This document shows, in pieces, positions 32,996 through 45,512 of a stretch of DNA of 64,000 nt (its first letter is position 1; the number at the start of each line of letters is the position of its first letter). Source of the DNA: Rhina ancylostomus (lineage: Eukaryota). Where the stretch lies: positions 5,467,393 to 5,531,392 of the forward strand of contig JARFYF010000119.1 of assembly GCA_030265395.1 (NCBI GenBank). The letters are read 5' to 3'. The notes under the pieces are model-generated. The model made no database searches, had not been told where the DNA came from, and worked only from the letters and a program-made list of their open reading frames with translations. A program made the position numbers and the translations under genes.

Positions 32996-35900
32996 TTTAT
33001 TCTGTTGTTCCTGTTCTTCATTGGATAGGCCCTGGTTTTAGATCAGAAAACCTGAAGGTGCTTCCCTTAGTTAACTAGGGTTAAAATCCACAAGACTGAT
33101 GCTCCTAACAACGGATTACTCATCCTGTGTGTTCACTCATCACTAAGATATTTCACGTCTTTAGCTTTCAAGATTTGTTTGCATTTAAAGATCAGTCATT
33201 TTTCTTAAAATAAAGGCTGGTTGTAAACCAATCTATTTTCTCATTTTAATTTGTAGGATGCAATGAAAAGTCTGATGGATGAGATTAAGTTGCATTGATT
33301 TGAGCTACATGCATTACAGGACTCATTACTGCCAAGGAATGAGTATTTGCAGTTGGGTAATAGTCGACTTGTGTAAAGATGGTTAAAAAGACATGAATTG
33401 CTAATAGCTTGCTGATTAGATGGTTTGCTTGAAGGATTATAGATGTTACCCTCGGAGATGCATTTCAGTGTTGTTGAAATTCAAGCCATGTAGCAAGAAT
33501 CTAAAGCTAAATTTAAAATAAAAGAAACTAATAATTTTACAGCTTGATATATAAAATGCTTTCAGAAATTAAATAACTGATTTTTAACATGGCCTAATTG
33601 TTTGACCTTTTGTATGATTTATGAATTCTACAACTTAAAAAAAAACTTAAATACAATTTAATTTAAATCTCTTCCCTAATCTAAATTATACAGATAAAAA
33701 TAAATGTAAGCACACCTCATATTATTGTAAGGGGGGTCATTTAAATATTAATTGCATTAATTTTCATTTATTGACTGAGACTATCGACACAGAATTTTTT
33801 CCAAAGTACATATGTCTTGACAGTTAGAGTAGAATTCTTTGCTATAAGGATTTCCGGAAGGACACAGCCTTTTGATGTCGTTTTGCTTTCAGTGATCATA
33901 AACTGGGTTTTAAGAAAAGTGCTGTTTAAGTAAGATGTGGGCATCAAATGTTGTGCCCAATTTGAGTTCATTAATATTTTCTGAAGTTGAATGCATATGT
34001 AGATTTAAAAATAACTAGACAATATTTTTCTCAACCCTCATCAATATTCCCTGTGTATGTTGGCTAAGGCCTGAGTGTCTGTTTTCTGGATCATGGTAGT
34101 CTCTTGTCCATATGACAATATTTCATTTAGAACATCAACAATAAATGGATATTATCTCATTAATTGAGAGTGCATTGTTGCTGAGCTCAATCGTGATTTC
34201 ACCTGGAATGCATAAATAGCAGTTAATTTAATTGTGTGAAGGGGAAAATCTGTTCATTTATCTATTTTGTAAATGGAGATTTTGATATCTGTTACAGAAG
34301 GAATACCACTCAGTGCCGTCAGAGGATGTTATTTACATTGTTATGAAATTCATTGAGCTGTTGGGAGGCAAAAGTACCCATCTGTTTGTAATGGTAGTTC
34401 ATTCCTTTAATTGCATAAGGGGTAAATCAACACCTGATCTTTTTTTGCACCATTTGTGCTCAAATCTGTAGCGTGGGTAAAATGAATTAAAAAAAGTTGT
34501 ATCTACTGCATCATGCATTCATGTTTAAATTATTTTGCACCATTTTGTGATGATTCAGCCATTGGGGAAAAAAATTGCATTAATGTAGATTTTACCTTGT
34601 CAAATGTACAGTTTTAGTGAGCATGTAGGTGCTGAGGTTTATGGCTCCAAAAAGTATAGGTTTTTGTCCTAATTGAAATAACGTGGTACATTAGGCTGCA
34701 TGTAATTGCTGGAAATGAAACCCATTTCCCAAGTGATGCCCAGTGTGTCCTACAGCATAAATATTGGTACTTTCTGGCCTCATTAGTTATATATTCCTAA
34801 TTACCTGCATATGTTCTGCTTAAGGTATTTCTGATAATTTCAGCAGTATGACTAACCTGAAGCTGAAAAGAGATTTTGATTTCAATTCCAAGGCTTAATG
34901 TTGTCTGAGATTATAATAAACCTTTCAAGGATAGGCAAGCAACATTATTCTTTTCTAAAATCCAGCTGGCAACTCCACAAATATTTGTATTGCTGCTTGT
35001 TTTTCAGCACAGTTATAGATTTTGATATTTCAACATCAGATTTCATCTACAGATAGTACTTTAAGCAACATAATGTTGGATGCCGTTTCTTGCCTGAAGA
35101 TATTGTGACGCTTTATTCTGGTTCCACACTTGCTCTTACTTTTCCTTTTGCATAAACAAGGGATGTTACGGTCCCCAGAGCTGATTTTGTTTCTTTGCTG
35201 ATCATCACAATTTTAAAGCAGTCTCCAACTTCAAAACTACAGATATACTTGAAATAAACCGTACAAATCTAACATAACACTGAAGTCTGAGACTGTTAAC
35301 CACTAAGCTGTCTCAAATGAGTCTGCAGTTAAATCAATGTGTACACTGTGTGTGTGTGTAAATTTCAGATTCAGTTGTCAATCAGAGCCTTTTTTTGACA
35401 GTGGCGGAGATATCTTTGATCATATCCAGTTATTTCAGCTTTTAAACAATAACATTTGAAATTCCATGTCCTGCTTAACAATTTGCATTTTAAAGAATCC
35501 CATTACAATGCATCTTGTCTGGCCCTCTTGGGACATTTCTGACAATCCTTTTGTGACTGGTCACTTAAACTTGGGAATACAAATTTAAATTCTATGCTGG
35601 CAATTAAGTAACTTTTTTTTGAATTAATACCATTCATCCATCACATCAATTATTTGTCCTATCTGCCTTTAAGATTGGAGAAGCATGCAAAAAGATGCAG
35701 CTATCTGATTGAATTTGCATTGGCATACAAACACTGGGTTAGTACATAGATTTCGGACCATATAAGTCAAGGCCTGTAAAACAAGATGCTTAGTTTGTTT
35801 ACAGGAGTGACAAAACATACAAATGAAAGAAGAAATCTATTGCTGACACATTTTGTAATACTAGAGCCTACTTGCAGTAATTTTGACAATTGGGGAAAAT

Positions 35901-36073
35901 GACTCTGGAGGTTTGTATGATTTGGTGAATGAGTCAAGAATCTGAACTCTTGAGAAGCTTTCAGGAGAGATGTGATTTAATTATAGTCAGGATTTTGATG
36001 TCCATTGCAAGCTAGGAGGGGTCTACAGTGAATTTATCAGGCAGACAATCAATACATTTTTATCTTTTTACAG

Positions 36074-36282
36074 TTATGCAGTGATAGCATTTGGCTGTGC
36101 CAGCTGTCCAAAACTGACATGTGCCCGAGAAGGATGTGGCACTGAGTTCTGTTACCACTGTAAGCAAATATGGCATCCAAATCAGACTTGTGATGCAGCA
36201 CGTCAACAGAGAGCACAGAGCTTACGATTAAGAACAATACGTTCTTCGTCAATCAGCTACAGTCAAGAATCTGGTGCAGCCG
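36074..36282 (+). CDS. RNF19A: RNF19A coding exon 2: IBR domain and linker
   Basis: TTTTTACAG|T TAT GCA GTG; encodes [50 protein letters not shown]. Donor CCG|GTACAG, 209 nt, phase 2 to 1. Confidence 0.95.
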
Positions 36283-38346
36283 GTACAGAAAACTGGACAC
36301 TTCGTAGATACGTTCAGGATGAGATTACAGGAAGAAAGGGGTTGCCTGAAATAAACAGTCTGCTGGTCAATCAAATTTTACCATCTCGTTCTACAGGTAA
36401 TAACAATGTATTTAATTTGTGGTTTCTAGAATTGTTGACTGATTTACCAGTTTGGGTAATATCACAAATTATATAAATTTTAATGTTCTTTCTCCCAACC
36501 AGCCCATGAACAATTGTACAATCCCGTCCTGATTTGGTAATGAGAATTTTCCTATCTGATTTTTGTTTTATTGACGGAGGGGGGGCTATTTTGCCACCAG
36601 TACTTCAGATGGGACCTTTTTCTTTCTTTGAAATTATCCTAATTCACAGCATTTCGGTAGTGTTTGTATGAATATCAACATTTCAGAATTGATTGTAAAT
36701 GGCTTATAAACATAAGTGCCTGCTTAGGGAATGCCCCTGTCTGCAATTGGATTCCTACATCTGTCCATAATTAGGCTTGGTTATCACCCTGTGAAATCAA
36801 GATCACAGATTCTATGCACAAAATAACTCATTAAATGTTGCTGCAGCTCTCTGGGCTTAAAAGAATAAGGTTGATTTTTGAATTGAGAAAACTGTACAAG
36901 GCATTCGCTTAGATTCTGTCTTGTAAGTTTCTTTCTGCATTGGTGAATCTGTTATTTGTTCAGTTTTAGCTCTTTCTACTGATGGTGCTGTCAAAAACCA
37001 CACTTTGAAAACTACAGGTATTCATGACTTTTGCCAGTTTTTCCAAGTAAAGTTGCTTCCATGTTGTCACAGTTACAAATGCATTTGTTGAATGATAAAA
37101 TATGTCCAAATAATAAGAGCAAATTTTATCTTGTGGATATCAGATGGTTGATGCCATTGCACAGCCCACCCAGTGGCCCTTGTTGGAAAGTCTCGGCAGT
37201 TCTGTTTGATTGATGTGATGAAAGCAATTGTTGGGGTGAGTGGTTAATCAGGTTGTTCAACAGACCTGAGCTGGAAATGTTGAGTTGAAGGTGTTGGAAT
37301 GAGGAGGAGTGGTGGGGACAGGGGTTATAAGAACCATGAAAAATCTTTTTCTAACTTGATTTGTTTTGCAGTAGCTCAATCTATCGTCTTGAGACAATAG
37401 ATGTATAAGGCATGATACAGTACATATTCATTTGTATCTGTTAAAATTTAGCATAGAATTTTGTAGCATAGAAACAGGCCATTCAACCCAACCACTCATG
37501 GTGTTCATGTCCACACAAGCCACCTGCCATTCTTGCTTCATGTTGCATTGCTTTTAAAGTCATTTGCTCTACTTGTGTCAAGTGTTCTATTTTGTAGCAA
37601 GTTCATGTTCTACTAGCTTTCAGTGAATTTTAAATTACATTTATAATTACGGTCTCTAGTTTTTGGAATACCATAAGCTCCCCTGATTTGGACAGCTGGC
37701 CACCCATTTGAAGGCTCAAGAGAATACTGGCAGGTGGAATTTGAATCTGTGTTAAATGCAGCCACTTAGTTTCTAGAGTATAGCTGTCCATGTCCACCTG
37801 GAATGGACTGCAAGTATTTGCTCTTTGCACATAATGAAACACACTGTAGATCTTAGTCTTTGTAGATAAAATGCTGAATAATGGAAGCTCACTTTTCAGT
37901 GTTGAATATTATGTTCTGTTCATGTCATAGTAATTTGTTTTGTAATTAATTTTCAGCATATTCAGACCTAGCCTATAATCATTTTCAATGTTGAAATTGT
38001 TTGTGATTTAATCCTAAAGCTTTATTTCAGGTAAAAAAGAAAAATACACCATGAAAACGGTGTAAAGCTAAGGATTATTAACATGGTTAATGATCCTTTT
38101 ATTTAAAAAAAATATACTGTATGCACACACCTTTCCTGAAATAGATTTTTTATTGCAAAATCTTGTTAGTAATCAAATAATGAAAATGGTCATACTGAAA
38201 AACATGAAAAATGAAAATAAGAGATGTAAGTATGTACTTGTAGTTCTGGTTATACATCCATTTGATTCTGCCCATATATTGCATCATTACTATCTTGCCT
38301 CATCATTTTTCATCTATTAATAATGTAATTTATTATTTTTTTGCAG

Positions 38347-38491
38347 CAGATGATATTAAACCTTGTCCACGATGTGCAGCATACATAATAAAAATGAATG
38401 ATGGAAGCTGTAATCATATGACTTGTGCTGTATGTGGTTGTGAGTTCTGCTGGCTTTGTATGAAAGAAATCTCTGACCTACACTATTTAAG
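38347..38491 (+). CDS. RNF19A: RNF19A coding exon 3: RING2 (catalytic Cys in GSCNHM)
   Basis: TTTTTGCAG|CA GAT GAT; encodes [48 protein letters not shown]. Donor AAG|GTAAGC, 145 nt. Confidence 0.97.
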
Positions 38492-38554
38492 GTAAGCAGA
38501 GAACAATTGTATCTTGAAAATCTGATGATTAGAGAATGGTAGATATATTAGGAT

Positions 38555-38830
38555 AGAGTGCCTTTAACAAGGTGTCTCAAAAGAAACTAAATTTCATCCA
38601 AGCTCTACTAGGAAACGTTAGAAAAGATGAGCAAGAACTTAAGTCAAAATTTTAAGGACCCTCTTTGAGGAGGAAAGGTTTTCAGGGATGCAGTTTCAGA
38701 TTTGACTGCAAATAACTGGTGAAATGGCTGCTAATGATGGAGTGAAGAAAATCGGGGACATGTATGAGATCGGAATTACATCTGTGCAGAAGATCTGAGG
38801 GTTTGTAAGCTGGAAGAGGTTTAGTGAAGG
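38555..38830 (-). mobile_element. L2-type LINE 3' fragment
   Basis: AGTGCCTTTAAC..TTTTAAGGACCCTCTTTGAGGAGGAAAGGTTTTCAGGGATGCAGTTTCAGA resembles the antisense L2 tail at 19183-19375. Confidence 0.45.
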
Positions 38831-40728
38831 GGAGGAGATGTAACTTAAGGCACTGGTGGTATGAAAGTTAATGTTGCTTAATAGCCAGAGTCTCAATATT
38901 GTTCAGGTTTTCTAGCCTTAAAATATACAACACATTCTCTGAATATATTAAAGGAACTATAGTTGCATTTTGGGTTCAGTGGCAAAAGTAGAATCCTTGA
39001 CAGTGACTTTGAAGAGAAGTTCTGAAAATGTGGCATGCCTTAGTCTGTGCTATGGACAGTGGATGTGATGCATTCAGCAATCTAAGCAATCAATTAGATT
39101 GAAGAATCAGGAATTTAGCAGCTTGGGTTTTCACAGAAAACAAAGGCAGACGTTAAGTAGCAGCTGAAATCTCAACAATATAGAATAATAATTTTATCTT
39201 TTAAGATCTAATGGAATTTTCTCCTCCTTAGTCTGGGGAACTAAAGCCAGTTATAGATATCCAGCAGCTGTTTCTAGATATACAGATTTGAAATTTAACT
39301 TGGAATCTTCTGGCCTGTGCTTTGATTAACTTTTTCCTTTGCTAGCAAAGGCATTGTGACAGCATTGCTATGTAGTATACTGGTATTATTTTTGGAAATC
39401 CTTTTGGCTTCCTACTTCAAATGCCATACAAAAGTGGTAATGTCATTGAAATTGCTTAAAAAGATTGCCTGGAATATTTAAGATTGAAATGACATTTTGT
39501 GCCTTGAAACTTGTGGTTCTCATAATAGGCTGTGGCTATTCGCTCTGGTTTGCGCGAGGAGCTGAGCTTAGAATATTCTTCCTATAGTTGAAGAGTTAGC
39601 TACCTTGCTGTCTGCATTAAAGTATGTCCGTTGCCATTTTTGCAGTGTATGCTTGGACAGCTATGCTACAGGAAAAAATTGGAAGATGATTTCTTCTCCA
39701 TTTGGTAGGAGAGGAAAAAAAAGAGGGAACTTCACAGGTTAAAATGAAAGTATTGACCAGGCAAGTGTCACCTTCCTATTAGGGCAGCCACATCTGAAGT
39801 GCCTTATCTGAAGCAAGGAGACATGATACCTTTACTTGGTATTGTCTCCTGGGGTCCAACTTCTAATTCCAGATTGATGCCAGCTGTAACTGGTTGGGAG
39901 ATCAACCAGTATTCCAGTTTTGAAGTCGTCTTAATTCAAATGTTTTTACTGAACGGAATTTTTGGGTCACCTCAAAATTAGCAGCTCCTTCTTACTGTTT
40001 TGTTTTAAATCACTAGTAAAGGAGTGTGGAGAACAACAGGAAATGGAAACTAATGAAATCTTGATTTGAGGCATGAAGTGGAAACCTACAAAAAAGAATT
40101 GCGATTAAAATTCTTCATTGTGAGCTGTCAGATGGGAAAACAAGCCAGATTTTAAAGCATTTCATAATTACCATAATTTGGCCTGACCAGAAGAAGCATC
40201 AAGCTCTTATTTCAGTTGATGACTGTGTAAATACCATTAATATGACTGTTCTCTGTTACTTGATAGGAAATGATTGGAGTGCTTTACTTGTTAGCTTTAG
40301 TTGCTATTCTTGAGATTTCATGATCAGCTGAATGCAGTTTGGCATCCTAATCTAATTCAATGGTTGAATGAGTCTGACTGCAAATTTAACAAACTCAAGT
40401 TCTGCTTGTGGAATAGTTGTAATGGTTTGTTCAAATTATCTCTGAAACTTGCACTTAATTCAAGAATTATATAGCTGTCCTATGTATAATTCACTTCCTT
40501 GAAAAATCAATTTATTTCTCCTCCCAACCAAATTGCATTGACCATGGATTTCAAATGTCAAAAGGATATTGCATTTTGTGGTATTTGATTATCTTGAGTA
40601 CCTGTATTTCATTGTCTGCTATTGAGTGGTAGGCTTTCAGAAAATATTTTTATTTTCGGTTGTGCAGTCTACTCAATTGATTTGTCCTACAGTTTTGTTT
40701 TTAACATCTCGATTTTGTCTCTTTTCAG

Positions 40729-40891
40729 TCCTTCAGGCTGCACATTTTGGGGAAAGAAGCCTTGGAGTCGTAAAAAGAAGATCCTGTGGCAGCTTGGCAC
40801 GTTAGTTGGTGCTCCAGTAGGAATAGCACTCATTGCAGGAATTGCCATTCCAGCTATGATTATTGGGATTCCTGTATATGTAGGCCGCAAG
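40729..40891 (+). CDS. RNF19A: RNF19A coding exon 4: first hydrophobic/transmembrane segment
   Basis: CTCTTTTCAG|T CCT TCA; encodes [55 protein letters not shown]. Donor AAG|GTACAG, 163 nt. Confidence 0.97.
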
Positions 40892-42809
40892 GTACAGTAT
40901 TTATGTTGACGTTTAAAGTGCTCTGATGCATGTTAATTTAGAAAAATGTATGTTTTTAATTGCAAGTATATTTTCTTGTTAGCAATTAAAGTGTGCTGAT
41001 TCTTGGAATCCTCTCCATTCTTGTATTTTAAGTCATGAATTTAAACTAGGATAACTATTAAATAACTGACGTCAATTGAAGTGTCCTGATCAACAAGCAT
41101 TCTGAATGTTCTTGTGATTAGATATTCCATCCCCATGGATGTGACTGTTTTTTCGAAGTTTAATGAATTTTTTGGTGGATTTGATTTTTTTTTATTTGGG
41201 GGAGGATGAGAAGACGGAAAGGATTTGTGTAGCGAGAAGAAAACCTGTTCATATTCTTGAGGAGCAGAGAAATTTATAGGTGACTCTTGCAGTTTTTAAG
41301 AAACATTCCAAATTCCTCATTTTTGCGCAGTGAGCGAGATTTTACACTGTTCCATTTTTCAGCTGACCTCACACTTCAGTTGCAAGGAATGTAGCACTGC
41401 CAGCAATTCAGGATTATTGTGACACTGACAAGTACTTGCCATGGCATAGAATTAACAATTTGTATAATCATTAAAAATATTTGAGGCCCATTCTAAATTT
41501 GAATTAAAATCTTAATACATCCCCTAATAAATTAGATTTCAAAACAGTATTTCTCCCAGTTGACACTGAAGTGAAGCCCATAAAAATATGTATTTTGAAA
41601 GTCTTACCTTCAGTTTACCATAAGGCAGTGCCACAGAAACAGTGGTGATTAAGTTAACAGTTAGGATCCACAAAAAACCTTTGACTGTATTGTGCATGCC
41701 TTTTATTTGGACTAGCCAGCTGAAGATGGATGCTTGAAATGCATGTAGAATAAAACTCAACAAATCATCAAATTGACCTTAAAGTCGCCTGTTAGCATGG
41801 ATCCCTTTCCATGAAGCTTTAAGAACTTCCCTCTGAACTGCTTGAAACTAGTTACAACTGACTAGGAAGCTCTGTAGGGATAGAATGGAACTTCATAAAG
41901 TTGAAGTATTTATGGTGTGAGCTTTGAGGTCCTAAGCAACTAACACGACCTGCGGAGTCCTTTACAAGGCATGTGTACGCATTATATGATTTGAGAGCAT
42001 GTCAGTTGTGATATTGCTTTTCCACATGAGATCCAGAGGTAATCCAGTTTATTCAGAACTTTACTATCTTTTCTGATTGGGAGCCATGTGAATACTTGAT
42101 AATTTATTCTCATAGCATTCAGATTGGTGCACAAATGAGCTTTGAATTGACTACCTCTGTACATTCAAAAATTTTGCAGTTCCAAATTTCCAAAGTATCC
42201 CAGAAGCGATGACAATATTTCAAATCCAATTTAACTTTTGAATTTCCTGGTTTTAAAGGAAATTGGAATTACCAAATATTACCAGCATTATTTAAAAAAA
42301 AGTTATTCTATACATCTGCAGATTCTTACATGAACACATTGCAGTCTGTAGAGTAATTTGTTATCATATTAATGTAGTACTCTTGGTGCTCCTTTTCTCA
42401 AAGATGGGGACTGAAGCATTTCAAAAAGTGCATATTTATAAACAGTTTTTCCACTAGAAACAATCTGATATTGAATCTAACAAATCCTTCACCGTTTTAA
42501 AAGGAATGCTCCTCAGTAACATATCAGATGTGGATGTCCTATCAAATGAGCTTTAAGTGTTCTTTGTGGGTTGAAGTGTTCAGAGGAATATTTGGATTGA
42601 CTGGAAAAGACAGACTCCCGATTTGAAAAGCACTGAGGTTGAATTTTGCAATTTTTAGTCTTCAATATGATAAGTTTGAGCAAAACAGATATGGGAGACT
42701 TGGCAGGATTTTTTTTTTAAAGAAATGTCCCTTTACAATGCTTTTTCGATGAGGAAATGTGGAAGTGAAAGAGGATGTGGCAAGTCCAGAGTTTTCTTTT
42801 GACAGATCA

Positions 42810-43123
42810 GTGAATTTTGGGATTGCTAGCAAGACCAGCACTAGTTGCCAAAGAGTGGCTTGCTAGGTTGTTTCATTTAAGAGTCAATCATATTGGTGGG
42901 TCTGCAGTTGCAAGTAACCCAGACAGGGCAAGGATGGAAGCCTTCCTTCTGGAAGGACGCTAGTGAGTCAGGCAATCTGATAGTTTCATGGTCTTTACCA
43001 ATGACTAGATTTTAAATTCCAGATAAATTCGACAGCCATGTTGGGATTTGAACCCTTTTCTCTGGAATGTTAATCCAGGCCACAGGATTACTTGTCTGAT
43101 AATTTAACTGCTGCATCACTGCC
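42810..43123 (-). mobile_element. tRNA-derived SINE sharing its tail with the LINE family at 24275 and 63713
   Basis: Minus strand has B-box GGGTTCAAATCCC, then ATCTGGAATTTAAAATCTAGTC, GACCATGAAACTATCAGATTG, GAAGGAAGGCTTCCATCCTTGCCCTGTCTGG, TGACTCTTAA, CCTAGCAAGCCACTC and TGCTGGTCTTGCTAGC. Confidence 0.7.
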
Positions 43124-44859
43124 ATACTTGTCATTTTGGCCACAACCAGTAATAATTTGCTTAAGAATCAGAAGAAAATTGTATAACCAAGGTTGTGCTA
43201 TAAAACTCTAGGAGGAAATAAGGTATTTATTAGGGTGGATTTCCCCCAGAGGGGGGAAATCGATGCAGTCCACAGATATCTATTATGATTCTGTACCTAT
43301 CTGGGAATTTTGTTTGAGGATATGGTTTGAGATGGCTACTCATTATATATGAAAAATGTCCATGTTGGTAAGTGATTTCCTTTGAAGGAGTTTAGTAAAA
43401 TGAAGAGAAATCACAATCTCCATTCTGAAAGCTGATTTTTGAAACTTCATATTGTCTAACCCTTGCTGTCAGTCATTTGTTGCTTACGTTCCCAGCAGAA
43501 TAATCTTTGAAGAAATACAATACTGTAGATGTTGGAACTCTACTGAAGTATTGGATATATTCTGGTCAAGCAGCAGCAGTGGTGGAAAGGAAAAACTTTT
43601 TTTTGGCACTTATATTTTGTTTTAGAAGTTTTCATCTTAAATTGGTTAATATCACTTTGGCATTTCCCTACATACAATCTCCCAGCCACCTTTCAAAATT
43701 GTAATAGAAATAAAAACTAAGGTTTGTAGAAAACAATCTGCAGTAGAAAACTGTAATAAATATTTTGTTGTGGAGAAAGTGGCAGCATTATTCACCCTGC
43801 AGGTGAGGTTTACATTTTTGGAAAGGAAATGTAACTGACAATAATTAAACATGTATGTTAATGCAGGGAATAAAAATCAACCACGTTGTCCTGTTCCTCC
43901 CCCCTCCGCCTTCCCTCACACCCCCCCCAAAAAAAACCTTTGCAGTGGGGAGGAAAAAATAGTAAATGGGTACTGCTAGTCATGAAAATTTGTTATGCAA
44001 TATCCTGTGGCTTTCAGCCCAGTTTAATGTTTTGTGTGCAGCTGTGCTGTCTGATTTATTTCTTTTGCAATATTTACTTTGCCCTTGAGTTTCTGCTTAG
44101 AATCAGTTGTATGAAGTTCAGTTGTTTTGTATTATGATTGATATTTGTTGTAAATTGTTGTGAACACTTTAGAGCACCATTTATTGGTGGGTGATCAATA
44201 AAATAATAGAGAATAGCAGAATGTAAGTTGCCACAATCAGTAATGCATTAGGAAAGCAGCTGTGGTAATTTGGTTGTCTAATTACTTTGAATTATATTAA
44301 TATCAGTGGCATCAAAATAGAGAGCTCTTTCAGGCCAACATGGTAATAAAATTTAAAATCTTTCATTTTAGAAAACTCATCCAACAAGTTGATGAGAATT
44401 TCCTGTTTTGGGAATTATAAAATGTTTTTGCAAGGCAGGCACGAGGTCTCAAATTGAATCAAGATTTCTGTAAATGACAACATTCACTGNNNNNNNNNNN
44501 NNNNNNGATAAAGCTCTTAGTCAAAAAAAAACCTCTACTGTTCTATTGGATAATTTAAAAGAGAAATGTACCAGTATTACTAAAGCTGCCGAGAAGTCAA
44601 TCAGTTTTTTCACTTTGTTACTGAGGCTGTATAATTCTTTTGGAATCAATTTTAAATATGACTATGCAAAGTTTTTTAAATCAAATAATCGTCATTTGAA
44701 TCAAGCATGTACTGAAATTTTTCTAAAACAAAATTTCAAATATTTTGTCACAATGAGTAGTAATGTTTTAAGTCTTTAAAGCTACAGATGTCTGAATGCA
44801 AGTTAAACCAATTCCTCTGCATCATCATTGCTAAGTGCCCATATAGGCTGTTCACTCTC

Positions 44860-45002
44860 AACTTCCATTCTTTGTTCAAGACACTCCTTAAACCTACATT
44901 TGAGCAAGTGTTTAGTTCCTTCTAACATTGCCAGTTGGCATGGTATCTATTTGATTATGTCCCAGTGCAATGTTTTGTGATCTTGCATAAATTTTAAAGG
45001 AA
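44860..45002 (+). mobile_element. L2-type LINE 3' tail
   Basis: TTCAAGACACTCCTTAAACCTACATTTGAGCAAG...TTTTAAAGG. Confidence 0.5.
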
Positions 45003-45110
45003 TTATTTTTCTTCGTCCTTGTCTGCCTTGCTCTTTGATTTCCCCACGATAACAACTGCATTTATATCACAAGGCATTTTATGGTATAATTGAACAAAAG
45101 TCCCTTCCCT

Positions 45111-45111
<1 letters not shown>

Positions 45112-45165
<54 letters not shown>

Positions 45166-45265
45166 NNNNNNNNNNNNNNNNNNNNNNNNNNNNNNNNNNN
45201 NNNNNNNNNNNNNNNNNNNNNNNNNNNNNNNNNNNNNNNNNNNNNNNNNNNNNNNNNNNNNNNNN

Positions 45266-45337
<72 letters not shown>
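45112..45337. repeat. (CA)n microsatellite with internal gap
   Basis: Pure CA run on both sides of an N gap; true length unknown. Confidence 0.98.
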
Positions 45338-45339
<2 letters not shown>

Positions 45340-45397
45340 ATGGTCATAACAAAAGAAAGCTGCAGAACACCTGTTTGATGGTTTTATTGTTTTCCAG

Positions 45398-45512
45398 ATA
45401 CATAATCGCTACGAGGGAAAAGACATTTCCAAGCACAAGCGGAACTTGGCAATCACTGGAGGTGTAACGTTGTCAGTCATTGTTTCGCCTGTTGTTGCTG
45501 CAGTAACTGTAG
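45398..45512 (+). CDS. RNF19A: RNF19A coding exon 5
   Basis: TTGTTTTCCAG|ATA CAT; encodes [38 protein letters not shown]. Donor TAG|GTAAGG, 115 nt. Not present in this frame in the ORF track; translated by hand. Confidence 0.96.

Noticed and set aside
40892-40909. Read-through past the GTACAG donor (VQYLC*) as a truncated isoform
   Set aside because: The exonic AAG supports the donor, and there is no nearby poly(A) signal or other evidence.
45003-45467. CVCVCV/THTHTH ORFs
   Set aside because: Translations of the CA microsatellite and gap.
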